Shown here: positions 39,586-49,212 of the stretch, one piece after another
Layout: every line of letters begins with the position of its first letter
How positions within the stretch are numbered: the first letter of the stretch is position 1
Origin: a candidate division WWE3 bacterium
GTDB taxonomy: Bacteria > Patescibacteriota > WWE3 > 2-01-FULL-39-13
Assembly: GCA_943354835.1 (NCBI GenBank)
Contig: CALRDH010000001.1
Location: 46,460-110,459, forward strand
DNA: 64,000 nucleotides
Reading direction: 5' to 3'
Position numbers and translations under genes: made by a program
The notes under the pieces: generated by a model
Told to the model about the DNA's origin: nothing
Seen by the model: the letters and a program-made list of their open reading frames with translations, nothing else
The model's database searches: none

Positions 39586-39640
39586 TGCTTCTAGCGAACG
39601 ATTTGTTCCCTAGTTGGTCGAAAGATTCATCCTTCGATCA
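39586..39640. repeat. copy C of the conserved upstream motif (CTAGCGAACGATTTGTTCCCTAGTTGGTCGAAAGATT)
   Basis: About 180 bp 5' of the AAA ATPase gene 38079-39407. Also shares the TTCCGAT...ATTGCT block with copy B. Confidence 0.4.
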
Positions 39641-39833
39641 TTAATTTTTCATTCAAATATCCAATAAAACTCACTTTAAAAACGAACTTTAGTAGATACC
39701 CGACTCATTGTAATGATTAAAATTTGTTTTTTTTTGCTGGCTCGAATTGAGTCAACGAAACAAATCTTCTACAAGAAGTTGTCGCAAATGTCTTGGGACA
39801 TTAAGGGGGAAAATAAATTATAAACTAAAAATT

Positions 39834-41012
39834 TTACTGAATATAACCGCCCCACAGGTAGTCGTTAAATCTAGCAGACTCTTCTTTTCCTATCAACCGA
39901 TAATCTTTTATGCCCAGACTTTCACTTTTAGCACTTAGCTTAGACGAATCAATATCTGTCGGAGTTTCTTTTGCCTCTAACGATAGGCTTCTATTCAATA
40001 TAAAATCGATTTCGCCGTCTCTTTTTGAATAGTAGTTCAGATTTCCATAAAAAGATAATTGGTGGCATAATGTATTTTCGTATTTACTTCCGGATGATAT
40101 GTCTGCATTTAAATTTGCTATTCCCGTATCCACAAAATAAATTTTCCCAGCTTTTCTTGTCTGAACATTTATGGATTTAGAATATACTTCTATATTTCTA
40201 ATTAAATAAGTCTTTTCCAAAAATTCAATATAAGAATCTATCGTTGGTCTGCTAATGCCTAATATCTTTGAAATTTCGTTAACATTTGTATTACTTCCTA
40301 TACGTGAAGCAAGTAACTTTATTAATTTTCTTAAATTACTAGAAGATTTAAAATCTGCAATTGCTTCGATGTCTAAAGTAATATACGAACTAAATATTTC
40401 TTCCAGCAATAATCTTTTTCTTTCAATGTCTTCGGTAAGAACTATTTTAGGTAAACCACCATATTCTATGTATTCTCTATACAGTGGTGATAGAAGGTTA
40501 TATGCATTTTTATTAAATTCACCGTTTGTATCAATTTTTTCTGGCAAATCATAACCAACCCCTTTAAAATTTAGAAACTCTTGAAATCTTAATGGAAACA
40601 TTTCATAAATAACTTTTCTTCCTGCCATAGATTCAGAGAATTTATTTTTGATATAAAAAGAGCTCGATCCTGTTAAGAAAAATTTAATATTATAGTGATC
40701 ATGTAGGTATTTAACGATATCCGGAATTGTTTCGAGTAATTGTATTTCGTCAATAGCGATATATAACTTTTCGGCTATATTCAAACCCCTATTTTCAAAC
40801 TCATTTACCAAAGCATCAAAGTTTTTAGTTTCGAAAAGTTCTCTATCTGAAATATTTTGAAGATCGAAATAGATTTTATTCTTTGATTCAAGCTGGTCTA
40901 AAAGCCAATATATGGTTGTAGTTTTTCCGACCTGCCTTGGACCAGTTATTACAATAACCTCCTCCGTAGTTAGCTCTTTTTTCAATTTTGCCCAAATTAA
41001 ACGATTTTTCAT
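39834..41012 (-). CDS. AAA+ ATPase of the AAA_14/DUF4143 type (paralog)
   Basis: Walker A VITGPRQVGKTT, Walker B IAIDEIQ. Its leader sequence is related to that of the upstream paralog. Confidence 0.65.
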   Translation of the reverse strand: MKNRLIWAKLKKELTTEEVIVITGPRQVGKTTTIYWLLDQLESKNKIYFDLQNISDRELFETKNFDALVNEFENRGLNIAEKLYIAIDEIQLLETIPDIVKYLHDHYNIKFFLTGSSSFYIKNKFSESMAGRKVIYEMFPLRFQEFLNFKGVGYDLPEKIDTNGEFNKNAYNLLSPLYREYIEYGGLPKIVLTEDIERKRLLLEEIFSSYITLDIEAIADFKSSSNLRKLIKLLASRIGSNTNVNEISKILGISRPTIDSYIEFLEKTYLIRNIEVYSKSINVQTRKAGKIYFVDTGIANLNADISSGSKYENTLCHQLSFYGNLNYYSKRDGEIDFILNRSLSLEAKETPTDIDSSKLSAKSESLGIKDYRLIGKEESARFNDYLWGGYIQ

Positions 41013-41219
41013 GCTACTACTTTACATAAATGGACGGTTTTTGTAAAGTACAACTTGCACTACGCACACTTAACTATTCCTGTTTCTTCCGTATTCTTTT
41101 TTGTAATCTTTTGCAACCGCCCTAAGATTTATCCAGTTTTGAATCGTCATAGTAATTAAAAAGTGCACATTCTGCCCAATGTGTTACCTGTGTTTCTCAA
41201 CCTGTGCAGGGGGGCCAAT

Positions 41220-41933
41220 TCAAACAAATCGTCCTAATTCATTTCTAAAAACAACGTCGAAGTTACCAATAATATTATGCAAGCTTCTTGGAAGAAAAGC
41301 TTTTAGTTCAGATGAGAAATTTATCTTTGTGGTATTAAAGACATTTAAAACCTGTTTTAACAACTTTCTTTGATTTAGAGTTATCAATCCATTACGTAGC
41401 ATAAAATAGATATCGTAAAAATCCCTTGGCTTCTTTCGACTTATAGAAGCTTTTATCTTTTCTTCGACTAAATAATCTTGAGATAAAGAAAGTAACGTAT
41501 AGTCATTTACGAATTCGCTTGATATTACATGCATATCAGATTTCAATTCACCATTTTGTCTAAGCGACACCTGTATGCTTATTTCAATATTATAATCAAA
41601 AAATTTATAATAAATATTCGATAAATACTCACCAGACGTAGCTTTCGATACTAAAACGCCTACATCAAAGCCTTCTTTTGCAGAACAATCTAACGCCACA
41701 AGTATAGCTCCTTCAATTTTTTTTACAGTTAATGCAGAAGAAAATTCTAAATCTTCAGAAAACCTTGAACTGTTAAACACTATTCGCAAGGCGGTTCCAC
41801 CATTAAAATAAATTTCAGGATTACTAGCATAAAAATAAGACAAAAAAACATGTTGGCAATATTCTCTCGCTATATTTATTTCTGCCGTTTGAAATTTAAT
41901 AGATTTTTTCTTTATTTCCTGCTTGTCTATCAT
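41220..41933 (-). CDS. abiEii: AbiEii-like nucleotidyltransferase toxin (type IV toxin-antitoxin)
   Basis: YFNGGTALRIVFNSSRFSEDLEF matches the GGTAL...RFSEDxDF nucleotidyltransferase motif of the AbiEii/DUF1814 family. Overlaps the upstream antitoxin gene. Confidence 0.65.
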   Translation of the reverse strand: MIDKQEIKKKSIKFQTAEINIAREYCQHVFLSYFYASNPEIYFNGGTALRIVFNSSRFSEDLEFSSALTVKKIEGAILVALDCSAKEGFDVGVLVSKATSGEYLSNIYYKFFDYNIEISIQVSLRQNGELKSDMHVISSEFVNDYTLLSLSQDYLVEEKIKASISRKKPRDFYDIYFMLRNGLITLNQRKLLKQVLNVFNTTKINFSSELKAFLPRSLHNIIGNFDVVFRNELGRFV

Positions 41934-42746
41934 AATTTTCCTTAATCCACTTACTCAAACTCTTAGAATCAAATAATTCGGCATACTCTACAACATCTTT
42001 TTTATTCACTTTCTCTAGGTTTAATCTGTCGTTAAATGCAATCCTGCCCAATGAAACAAAATATAGATAATCAGCAACAGCTTTCTCTGGTTTAGCCATA
42101 TAATAGTTATCCATTTTGGTATATCCCGTAAAAGCTTTTGTTTTAACACTCCTGTATAAATATGACATATTATTTACATCAAACTCATTTGTGGTTTTAG
42201 TTGTCACACATGTAATTGAATAAACAACTTCAGGAATAAGCCCATATACAGAAAGGGCTGATTCTAAGGATATATACGAAGGTTTAATCAGATATGCCGA
42301 AATCGAATACGTACTCGGAATAAAGTCCTTTGAATAATAAAGTCCGTTCTTAATTTTTATAAAAAATCCATAAATTGCTCTTACTTTGAAATTCGTTAAA
42401 CGTGTTGTATCTCATTGGGGAAAGTATACAAAAGTGTATACTTTCCCCAATGAGAATACGAGTCATGAAAGTTATCGCACCAGTCTTTGTTAAATTGCTT
42501 TATGCTTTGATTTAAAGTGTTATCACTTTCAGGAACCAACATCTTTAATGTGTTTTTCATAAAGTATGGAAGGCTTTTTAGTTTTAAAATATCTGCGCTT
42601 TTCATTTTAGTAATGGTACTAAATACATGCCAATTCCAAAACGCGTCGAACAAATTGTCAAACACATGAAACTCCACGGGCTTAGGCCATAGTTTCATAC
42701 AGGGCATAAATTCTGGTATTTTTTGGATCCATATTAGTAACGGCAC
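41896..42746 (-). pseudogene. abiEi: AbiEi-like antitoxin gene split by a 44-bp palindromic insertion or frameshift
   Basis: The 103-aa ORF (AKPEKAVADYLYF) continues upstream in-frame without a start codon (...IKIKNGLYYSKD...SYISLESALSVYGLIPEVV) to a TGA at 42414-42416. The 116-aa ORF 42396-42746 is in the other frame. Deleting 42411-42454 joins them into one ~267-aa AbiEi-like ORF with wHTH TTRLTNFKVRAIYGFFIKIKNGLYY. Confidence 0.5.
42411..42454. repeat. perfect 19-bp inverted repeat with a 6-bp spacer (44 bp)
   Basis: CTCATTGGGGAAAGTATAC aaaagt GTATACTTTCCCCAATGAG. There are no mismatches in the arms. Confidence 0.85.
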
Positions 42747-42755
42747 TAAAAATCT

Positions 42756-43568
42756 TTATTGATATTCGGGTTCTACAACTTCGTATCTGAATCCAGGGTT
42801 TTGGATTCCTCCTGGGACTATCTGCGTAAGCACTGAATTTGGGACATACATAACAAGCGTATCGACCAACATACCCTCTGATGCGGGAATTATTACTATC
42901 GGAACAGCAATTGGAGCTGAATGACTACCGTCAGGACTCGTCATTTGAGGGAAATTCCCTAGCTCTGTTACACGAACACCACTACCACCAAGTCCATTCA
43001 TATGTGTTATATATTTGCTCAAAGGTGTTCTATCAGAAATAAAAGCTTGAGTATGCGATCCAGTATCTTCAATTCTTTGTACCCATAAACCAAAACCTCT
43101 ATCCTGAAAATTTTCGGTAACTCCTGGCACATTTTTAGGTTTGGGATTGATACCTTCTGGTGTGAAAGACATTTTCCATGCAGATCCGTCTGGATTATCT
43201 TGGTGTTTTGCTGGTGGTAATGGTATAAACATAAATAGATCACCAGATGGAAATTGTTCAGATGAAACGAAATCTTCACCGTACGCAACAGAATAAGCAT
43301 GCCTAACAACAGTTGAAACGCTGTCATAAACACCCGCGTAATTTTCGGCAACATACGCATTCGCATCCTTAAACGCTGGTTCAGGGCGATATCCTTGCTT
43401 TTCAGGGTTAGAAACAGACGGAACACAGGCAGCAACTAAAGCTGCTGCCGCGGCAACTCCTGCAGAACCTGCCAAAAATTGTCGTCTAGTCATACCACCC
43501 GAACCATCCGTACTACCCTGCCCAAAAGGTTCTTCTGTTGGATTTATTGTCATTAATTGATTACTCAT
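42756..43568 (-). CDS. Tat-signal lipoprotein, hypothetical
   Basis: Twin-arginine motif TRRQFLAGSAGVAAAAALVAAC with a lipobox-like VAAC. 270 aa. Intermediate GC. Confidence 0.45.
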   Translation of the reverse strand: MSNQLMTINPTEEPFGQGSTDGSGGMTRRQFLAGSAGVAAAAALVAACVPSVSNPEKQGYRPEPAFKDANAYVAENYAGVYDSVSTVVRHAYSVAYGEDFVSSEQFPSGDLFMFIPLPPAKHQDNPDGSAWKMSFTPEGINPKPKNVPGVTENFQDRGFGLWVQRIEDTGSHTQAFISDRTPLSKYITHMNGLGGSGVRVTELGNFPQMTSPDGSHSAPIAVPIVIIPASEGMLVDTLVMYVPNSVLTQIVPGGIQNPGFRYEVVEPEYQ

Positions 43569-43593
43569 AACGAAAAAATGATATCATAAAAAT

Positions 43594-46500
43594 ATGCCTG
43601 TCACATCAATTACTGGGCTTACGCCAGAAAATCAAGCTGAACCTTCGCCAATCGAAATAGCAATTCAAGCAATGGATTCAATAGATTTCGATCAACAATT
43701 GCCATTTGAAGCACGCACTGGATTAACAAGCACTTCACGAAAAGCATATGATCTGCCCCCAGAAAAGGCCGCTGAAATAGTAGCCTATGAAGCAGAACAA
43801 AACAAGGGATATGCCATCGATCAAACCTCACCACCGAGAACTTTTTTCCAAACCCCTACAGAAATTATAGAATACACTGGCACTGATATCGACCAATCTA
43901 GGTTAGCAACGGTAACAGCGATTTATTACGCCACAAGTGCCAGAGAAGGCTTAAATGAAACTGAAGCAACAGCCCAAGCTGGTAAAAAAGAAAACCAAGG
44001 GGCAGGCAGTCATAATTTTGGCCTGAAATTTCTTGCTAATTTAGTAATAACTATTGGTAAGGCTCGATTAAAAATCCTATCGAGATACAACCATCCAAGA
44101 CAAGGACCTGTTGTTTGGGCCGGTGAATACAAGCAAAAAGAAGCTCATAGTGGCATAGGACATCAACTAGCTCTTGATTATCTGAAAGAACAAGATGGAA
44201 AGGGTGATTTACCGCATATAGCATATTCAACATTAATGAAAATAGAAAATCCACCAACAGAATTAGTGCAAGCAGCAGCAAACATGCATAAACGTTACAT
44301 ATTATCTGATCCACATTACCAACATGCCAAATTAGTACAGCCGGCAGAAAACACTTTAGTAAATATAACGGAATTCGATTATAGCCATGCTCACTATGAA
44401 CTACTACCAAGGGGCATACATGCACTCGAAGCCAGTGTAGACAGAAACGGATTATACAAAGCTGCTGCGGTTGACTGGCTAGCTCTTGAAGACCGTGAAA
44501 TTAGATTTCTTTTGCCTTTGGCAATAAGACCATCACCAGAATCAACATACTCGCCGACAAGAAGCCTAGACAGCGGATCCATGTTAAATGGTGAATACAC
44601 AAGATACGCAATCGAAGATCAAATGGAGAAAGGTAATATCCCTTTATTACAACAAATTGTTTTGCGAATGCGCGAGAGTGGATTATATACAGATTTAATC
44701 GTAGGAATAGACGATAAATGGGACAAACGACTAGTTAACTTACCAATCGAATTACGTACTAGAAGTTATAAGACTTCGCCTTGGACAAGGGAAACAAAAA
44801 ACTTTTTTGACGAATTTATAAGTCATGATATGGATGTAATTGCGATGGGTAGCCTATCAGAATACGCCCGTTTATGTGATCTATACAATAGATTAAGCCC
44901 TCAAGTAAGGGTCAAACTTAAAAATTACAAGTTAGCTTTAGTCGGAGATGATTTAAAAGCACAAATGTGCCTTTCTGGCGCAATAACCATCGACACACTC
45001 GAACGCCGCATTGACGACATGGCTGAAATTCAAAGCTGGAAACACGATGAAACCTTTAATCAAGTGCCATTTAATCTTCCATTATTATTACAAGACGTAG
45101 CTAAAGATCCAGGCTTAAAAATAAGCTTTAGTGGATCAACGATAAGTGTTTCACAATCAGGTTATCACCCAATTCGATTAGATCCTCATCGTCAGTTGAT
45201 GCATGGCGATTTGTTCACTTTAGTAGAACAAACTGCTCAAAACGCTCTGTTACGGGACCTCATTAAATTCATATTATGGGCTGAAGCAAAGCGCAATACA
45301 AGAACGATGGCAATCGCAAGAGTATCGATGTCTCAAGGCAAAACCAAACTTGAGTCAAGTTATCGACCGATAAAAGGTACCAATCAAATCCCAATATTAA
45401 GCCATACAGAACAGATCAAAAACAGAAGAAACATTGCGTACCCGCAAATAATGGTAAGAATAGATGGATTAAGCGATGAAACCTTTGAAGAAGTTAGTAG
45501 ATTGTATGAAGATTTCCGTGCGGCCATTTTGAAAGAAAAAGAGATAAAAAAAGAAAATTTAGACAGAAATCTAAAACTCAAAGTTGCGGAACTATGGCGA
45601 AGGAAAAAAGAAAACAGACAAAAATTAACCCGTGACAAAAAGATTCGAATGGAACAAAGTGTGGCGCAAAGCCCTGAAGAAAGAGTGTCTACAGAAACAC
45701 TTAATGTTTGGCAAGCAAGGGCTTCATCAGCAATCCATCATCTAACTTGGATATTATCAACATCTATACTGGCCGGCTCACACGGAAGAAGCCGAGAGGC
45801 GCCAAAACAGCCGAGCAGGCGAGACCTGTTTAGATCAGCCTTTTCAAGTATCGAGTTGAATAACGACAAGGCAAGACCATTGGTGGCTGGGAGGCTTGAT
45901 GATAATGCGGCAAGCAACTCACCAATATCATTTGGAAGTGCTCTGTTACCTGGTCGATCAGAATCACTCGAAAACGCCACGGTTCCCGACCCTATCGAGC
46001 TAAAAGCGTCTCATCCAGGTGTCTTAAAATCCGGCTATTATCTCAATCGTTTATATCATAAAATGCCGGTTGATCCATATCACTTTATAGATCCTCCAGC
46101 CGAAATGACACGTATACAAATAAGAAACGGAAAACCAGAAAGCGAACATCACATTGCAGTTGTATATGATTCAAAAGCAGATGAAGTGACAATACCATTA
46201 AAGCTTGGCGCCACTGTGAATTCTTATACTGGTCCATCCGCGGAGTTCTTTGTTGACACAAACTCACAAACATTAAAAGCAAAAATACTTGGGGATAAAA
46301 GCAAACCCTTAAAGGCTTATATTACTGAAAAAGGAGATTCTAGCGATGTCTATTCACCATGGGCAAATATAGCTAATATGCCAGTAACAGAAGATGATGT
46401 CGCTCCTCTCATTGACATAAGCTTATTATCAAACGAAAATGACCGTCTTGCATTGCAAGCAATAAGAGACTTAGATGCACATACAGATATAAAAATAGCA

Positions 46501-47319
46501 ATGATAACGAAATTTTGGGAGCTCAAGTACGCATACTCTAAATTCACACCACCAGACATGACTTACGAAACATTAGTCACAATGGCCGAAGGCCCATGTG
46601 GGCTATCTGCAATTGGACTCGTTGCCTGCTTACGCGCTGTCGGAATCCCCGCAATTTATGCGAGTGGATTCCTAAACGACAAAGACAACGAACTGACAGA
46701 CAAAGAATTGCATGGTTTTGTATACGTCCATGATGGTTCTATATGGCGCGCGATCGAACCACAAAACGGAAGATTCACTCAAGAAGAAATTCAGACTGCC
46801 GAGATAATAAATCGTGGTGCGCCAACATTTGCGATATCAAATTCAGCAGGACAGCTTACACAAGTAAAACTTGGTGGAAACCCACTAACACTTCGCGATG
46901 CTTCAGGGGTACTTACATCTGCTGAAAACACAGCAAATCCAGCTATCATGGCTACACTTGAAACCGTCCTTAACGTTCCACAAAATGGCGAGACTATGGC
47001 AAATACTAAGGGCAATTCCGTAACTCAGCGTTTACAAACGCCACAAGAAAAGCAATTAGCAAGCAATCAACCTGAAGAGGAGAACCTGAGCGATGCGTCA
47101 CTAACATTACCAACAACCACAGATGGCAACAATGTTATTACAACTATCCTTTCTGAAAATAAAAAAACGGCGACTTATGCGGGTGGAGTACTTCTGGCCG
47201 CAGCTGGAGTAGGCGGAGTACTTAAAGGCATACAAATTGCTACACGGCGTGCATACGCAAGAGGATTTGATGAAGCATATGATGAGGTACTTCATGCAAT
47301 CCAGGATACATTGCTATAA
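43594..47319 (+). CDS. giant hypothetical protein (1241 aa) with a C-terminal transglutaminase-like cysteine peptidase core
   Basis: GPCGLSAIGLVACLRAVGIPAIYASGF...HGFVYVHDGSIWRAIEP fits the Cys/His/Asp transglutaminase-like superfamily signature. No N-terminal signal peptide. A hydrophobic segment lies near the C-terminus (YAGGVLLAAAGVGGVL). Confidence 0.55.
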   Translation: MPVTSITGLTPENQAEPSPIEIAIQAMDSIDFDQQLPFEARTGLTSTSRKAYDLPPEKAAEIVAYEAEQNKGYAIDQTSPPRTFFQTPTEIIEYTGTDIDQSRLATVTAIYYATSAREGLNETEATAQAGKKENQGAGSHNFGLKFLANLVITIGKARLKILSRYNHPRQGPVVWAGEYKQKEAHSGIGHQLALDYLKEQDGKGDLPHIAYSTLMKIENPPTELVQAAANMHKRYILSDPHYQHAKLVQPAENTLVNITEFDYSHAHYELLPRGIHALEASVDRNGLYKAAAVDWLALEDREIRFLLPLAIRPSPESTYSPTRSLDSGSMLNGEYTRYAIEDQMEKGNIPLLQQIVLRMRESGLYTDLIVGIDDKWDKRLVNLPIELRTRSYKTSPWTRETKNFFDEFISHDMDVIAMGSLSEYARLCDLYNRLSPQVRVKLKNYKLALVGDDLKAQMCLSGAITIDTLERRIDDMAEIQSWKHDETFNQVPFNLPLLLQDVAKDPGLKISFSGSTISVSQSGYHPIRLDPHRQLMHGDLFTLVEQTAQNALLRDLIKFILWAEAKRNTRTMAIARVSMSQGKTKLESSYRPIKGTNQIPILSHTEQIKNRRNIAYPQIMVRIDGLSDETFEEVSRLYEDFRAAILKEKEIKKENLDRNLKLKVAELWRRKKENRQKLTRDKKIRMEQSVAQSPEERVSTETLNVWQARASSAIHHLTWILSTSILAGSHGRSREAPKQPSRRDLFRSAFSSIELNNDKARPLVAGRLDDNAASNSPISFGSALLPGRSESLENATVPDPIELKASHPGVLKSGYYLNRLYHKMPVDPYHFIDPPAEMTRIQIRNGKPESEHHIAVVYDSKADEVTIPLKLGATVNSYTGPSAEFFVDTNSQTLKAKILGDKSKPLKAYITEKGDSSDVYSPWANIANMPVTEDDVAPLIDISLLSNENDRLALQAIRDLDAHTDIKIAMITKFWELKYAYSKFTPPDMTYETLVTMAEGPCGLSAIGLVACLRAVGIPAIYASGFLNDKDNELTDKELHGFVYVHDGSIWRAIEPQNGRFTQEEIQTAEIINRGAPTFAISNSAGQLTQVKLGGNPLTLRDASGVLTSAENTANPAIMATLETVLNVPQNGETMANTKGNSVTQRLQTPQEKQLASNQPEEENLSDASLTLPTTTDGNNVITTILSENKKTATYAGGVLLAAAGVGGVLKGIQIATRRAYARGFDEAYDEVLHAIQDTLL

Positions 47320-49185
47320 GAATAACCCATACTTATTAATTCGCTCTTCCACCGCATCTTTGTTTACCGACGGCGCGGCTTTTTGTATTAGTTCGCTGGC
47401 TTTTTGAATGTCACCTTTTTTAATTTGCATATCGGCCATATATACATAATCGTCGCTGAAGTTTCTGGCGTCAAGTTTGATTGTTTTTTCGAAGTTTGCA
47501 TAAGAATCATCGTAGTTTTGACGGGCATAGTATAAAACTCCTAGATAGTGATAGCTTAATGGATCACGCTTATTAAGCGAAACTGCCTTGCTTAAGGATT
47601 CTATAGATCTATCGTCGGCTTTTTTCAAGTAATACATTCCCAAATAGAAATTTGTCTTAAAATCATCAAATCCTGCATACTTTATGTCTATTTTCTCTTT
47701 CATTTTCTCAATATCTCCGCTCCAATATAGAAGAGCAATATATTTGCTAAAAAGGCTTTGCTTAAAAGGATTGTATTTAATAGCTTCTTCTTGAAGTTTT
47801 AAAGATTTTCTAAAATCCCCTTCTAACATAGATGCTTTTTCAAATTTCTCGGAATAACCAATTTGGCTAAACATCAAAGCGCTAAGAAGAAGCGGGAAAA
47901 TCATAAAAAGGACGAAAAGCTTTGATATTAGGGCTTTTTTTATTGTTCCATTTGAAAAAGCTAATAAAGAACCAATAAAAAAAGCCGCGTAAACATAGTT
48001 TATAACGGAATAAAATTCAAACATTCCTTTAACAAAGGTTATTAGAATCGCAAATTTTATATATTTTGATAAATAGAAATCCTTGGAATCGACAATAAAA
48101 AACACATACACAAAAAATGCCGACATAGCTAAAAGCCCAATTAAGCCAGTTTCCACAAGTATATCGACGATTTGGTTGTGAGAACTTTCAACTTCCAAAA
48201 ATAAAACTTCCTTTTTATCATTCATTGGATCCAAGTACATTGGATAAACGTTTTGAAAGTTCGCATTTCCATATCCAAAAATTGGCCTATCTTTAAATGC
48301 TCTAATTCCTACTCCCCACAGGTCAAAACGCTTGTCGTATAACCCGTTTCTGTCTTTGAAGCTTAAGAATCTTTCTACGTTATATGGCAAATCTAGCTTT
48401 TCAGTATCGATTGGAGGAGTTAATACCAAAAGTGCGAATAATAAAAACGGCACAACAATCCAAGAAATCCGAATCTTTTTATTGCGGATAAATGAAAAGG
48501 CTTCTAAATAAGCAAATATTGCGATTCCGATTATAGCGCCTCTTGATCCTGTAATGAAAACTCCAGTAAAAAGTATGGCCAATGAAATCAGGTTCCATTT
48601 TGATTTAAATTTCGATGATTTTAGTAAACCGTAAATTATAGGAATAACACTTGCCAAAATTCCGCCGAGTAAATTTGGTTGTCCAATTGTTGCTGTAGCT
48701 CTTCCGTCGTAGCTTAAATCAATAATTTCAAAATACAATAAAGTGCCATGGATAATGGTTAATGTTCCAAGTAAAACAGCTCCAAAAATCAAAAATTTAA
48801 GTGATTTATTTGTTTTTTCAAGCTTTCCTGAATGAGCAAAATAGAAAACAAGTCCTAGATAACTTATAAGTGCCAATATTGAATCGTTTTGAATGGCGTC
48901 TCCAGCAAAACTTCTGAATGGAATTATAGAACTCGAAAGGTTCAAATAGCTCAATGCAAAAAACGCTAACGCTGCAATTAAAACTGAAATCTTGAGTTCT
49001 GTTTTTTTAAACAGCAAAAAACCGCACAAAATAGCGGAAATCAAAGACACATACATAAGCTTTGGAAGCTCATAAACGCTCAACAGTGATCCCGAAAAAA
49101 GCAATGGAACAAAAACAAAAAGAAAAAACAAAACTAAATTTTCGATTCCAAAAAACAAACTTTTCACACTTTTCACATAATTCAT
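47314..49185 (-). CDS. polytopic membrane protein, O-antigen ligase/Wzy_C-like with C-terminal TPR repeats
   Basis: About 12 transmembrane helices with a large loop, then TPR-like repeats (YHYLGVLYYARQNYDDSYANFEKTIKLD). Confidence 0.55.
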   Translation of the reverse strand: MNYVKSVKSLFFGIENLVLFFLFVFVPLLFSGSLLSVYELPKLMYVSLISAILCGFLLFKKTELKISVLIAALAFFALSYLNLSSSIIPFRSFAGDAIQNDSILALISYLGLVFYFAHSGKLEKTNKSLKFLIFGAVLLGTLTIIHGTLLYFEIIDLSYDGRATATIGQPNLLGGILASVIPIIYGLLKSSKFKSKWNLISLAILFTGVFITGSRGAIIGIAIFAYLEAFSFIRNKKIRISWIVVPFLLFALLVLTPPIDTEKLDLPYNVERFLSFKDRNGLYDKRFDLWGVGIRAFKDRPIFGYGNANFQNVYPMYLDPMNDKKEVLFLEVESSHNQIVDILVETGLIGLLAMSAFFVYVFFIVDSKDFYLSKYIKFAILITFVKGMFEFYSVINYVYAAFFIGSLLAFSNGTIKKALISKLFVLFMIFPLLLSALMFSQIGYSEKFEKASMLEGDFRKSLKLQEEAIKYNPFKQSLFSKYIALLYWSGDIEKMKEKIDIKYAGFDDFKTNFYLGMYYLKKADDRSIESLSKAVSLNKRDPLSYHYLGVLYYARQNYDDSYANFEKTIKLDARNFSDDYVYMADMQIKKGDIQKASELIQKAAPSVNKDAVEERINKYGLFL

Positions 49186-49212
49186 ATTACAGATAACTTA
49201 CCAAAATGGATA

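Noticed and set aside
42396-42454. Programmed ribosomal frameshifting as the explanation for the split AbiEi gene
   Set aside because: There is no slippery heptamer at the junction, and the hairpin lies upstream of the shift site rather than downstream. An insertion or indel, or a sequencing error, is the simpler explanation.
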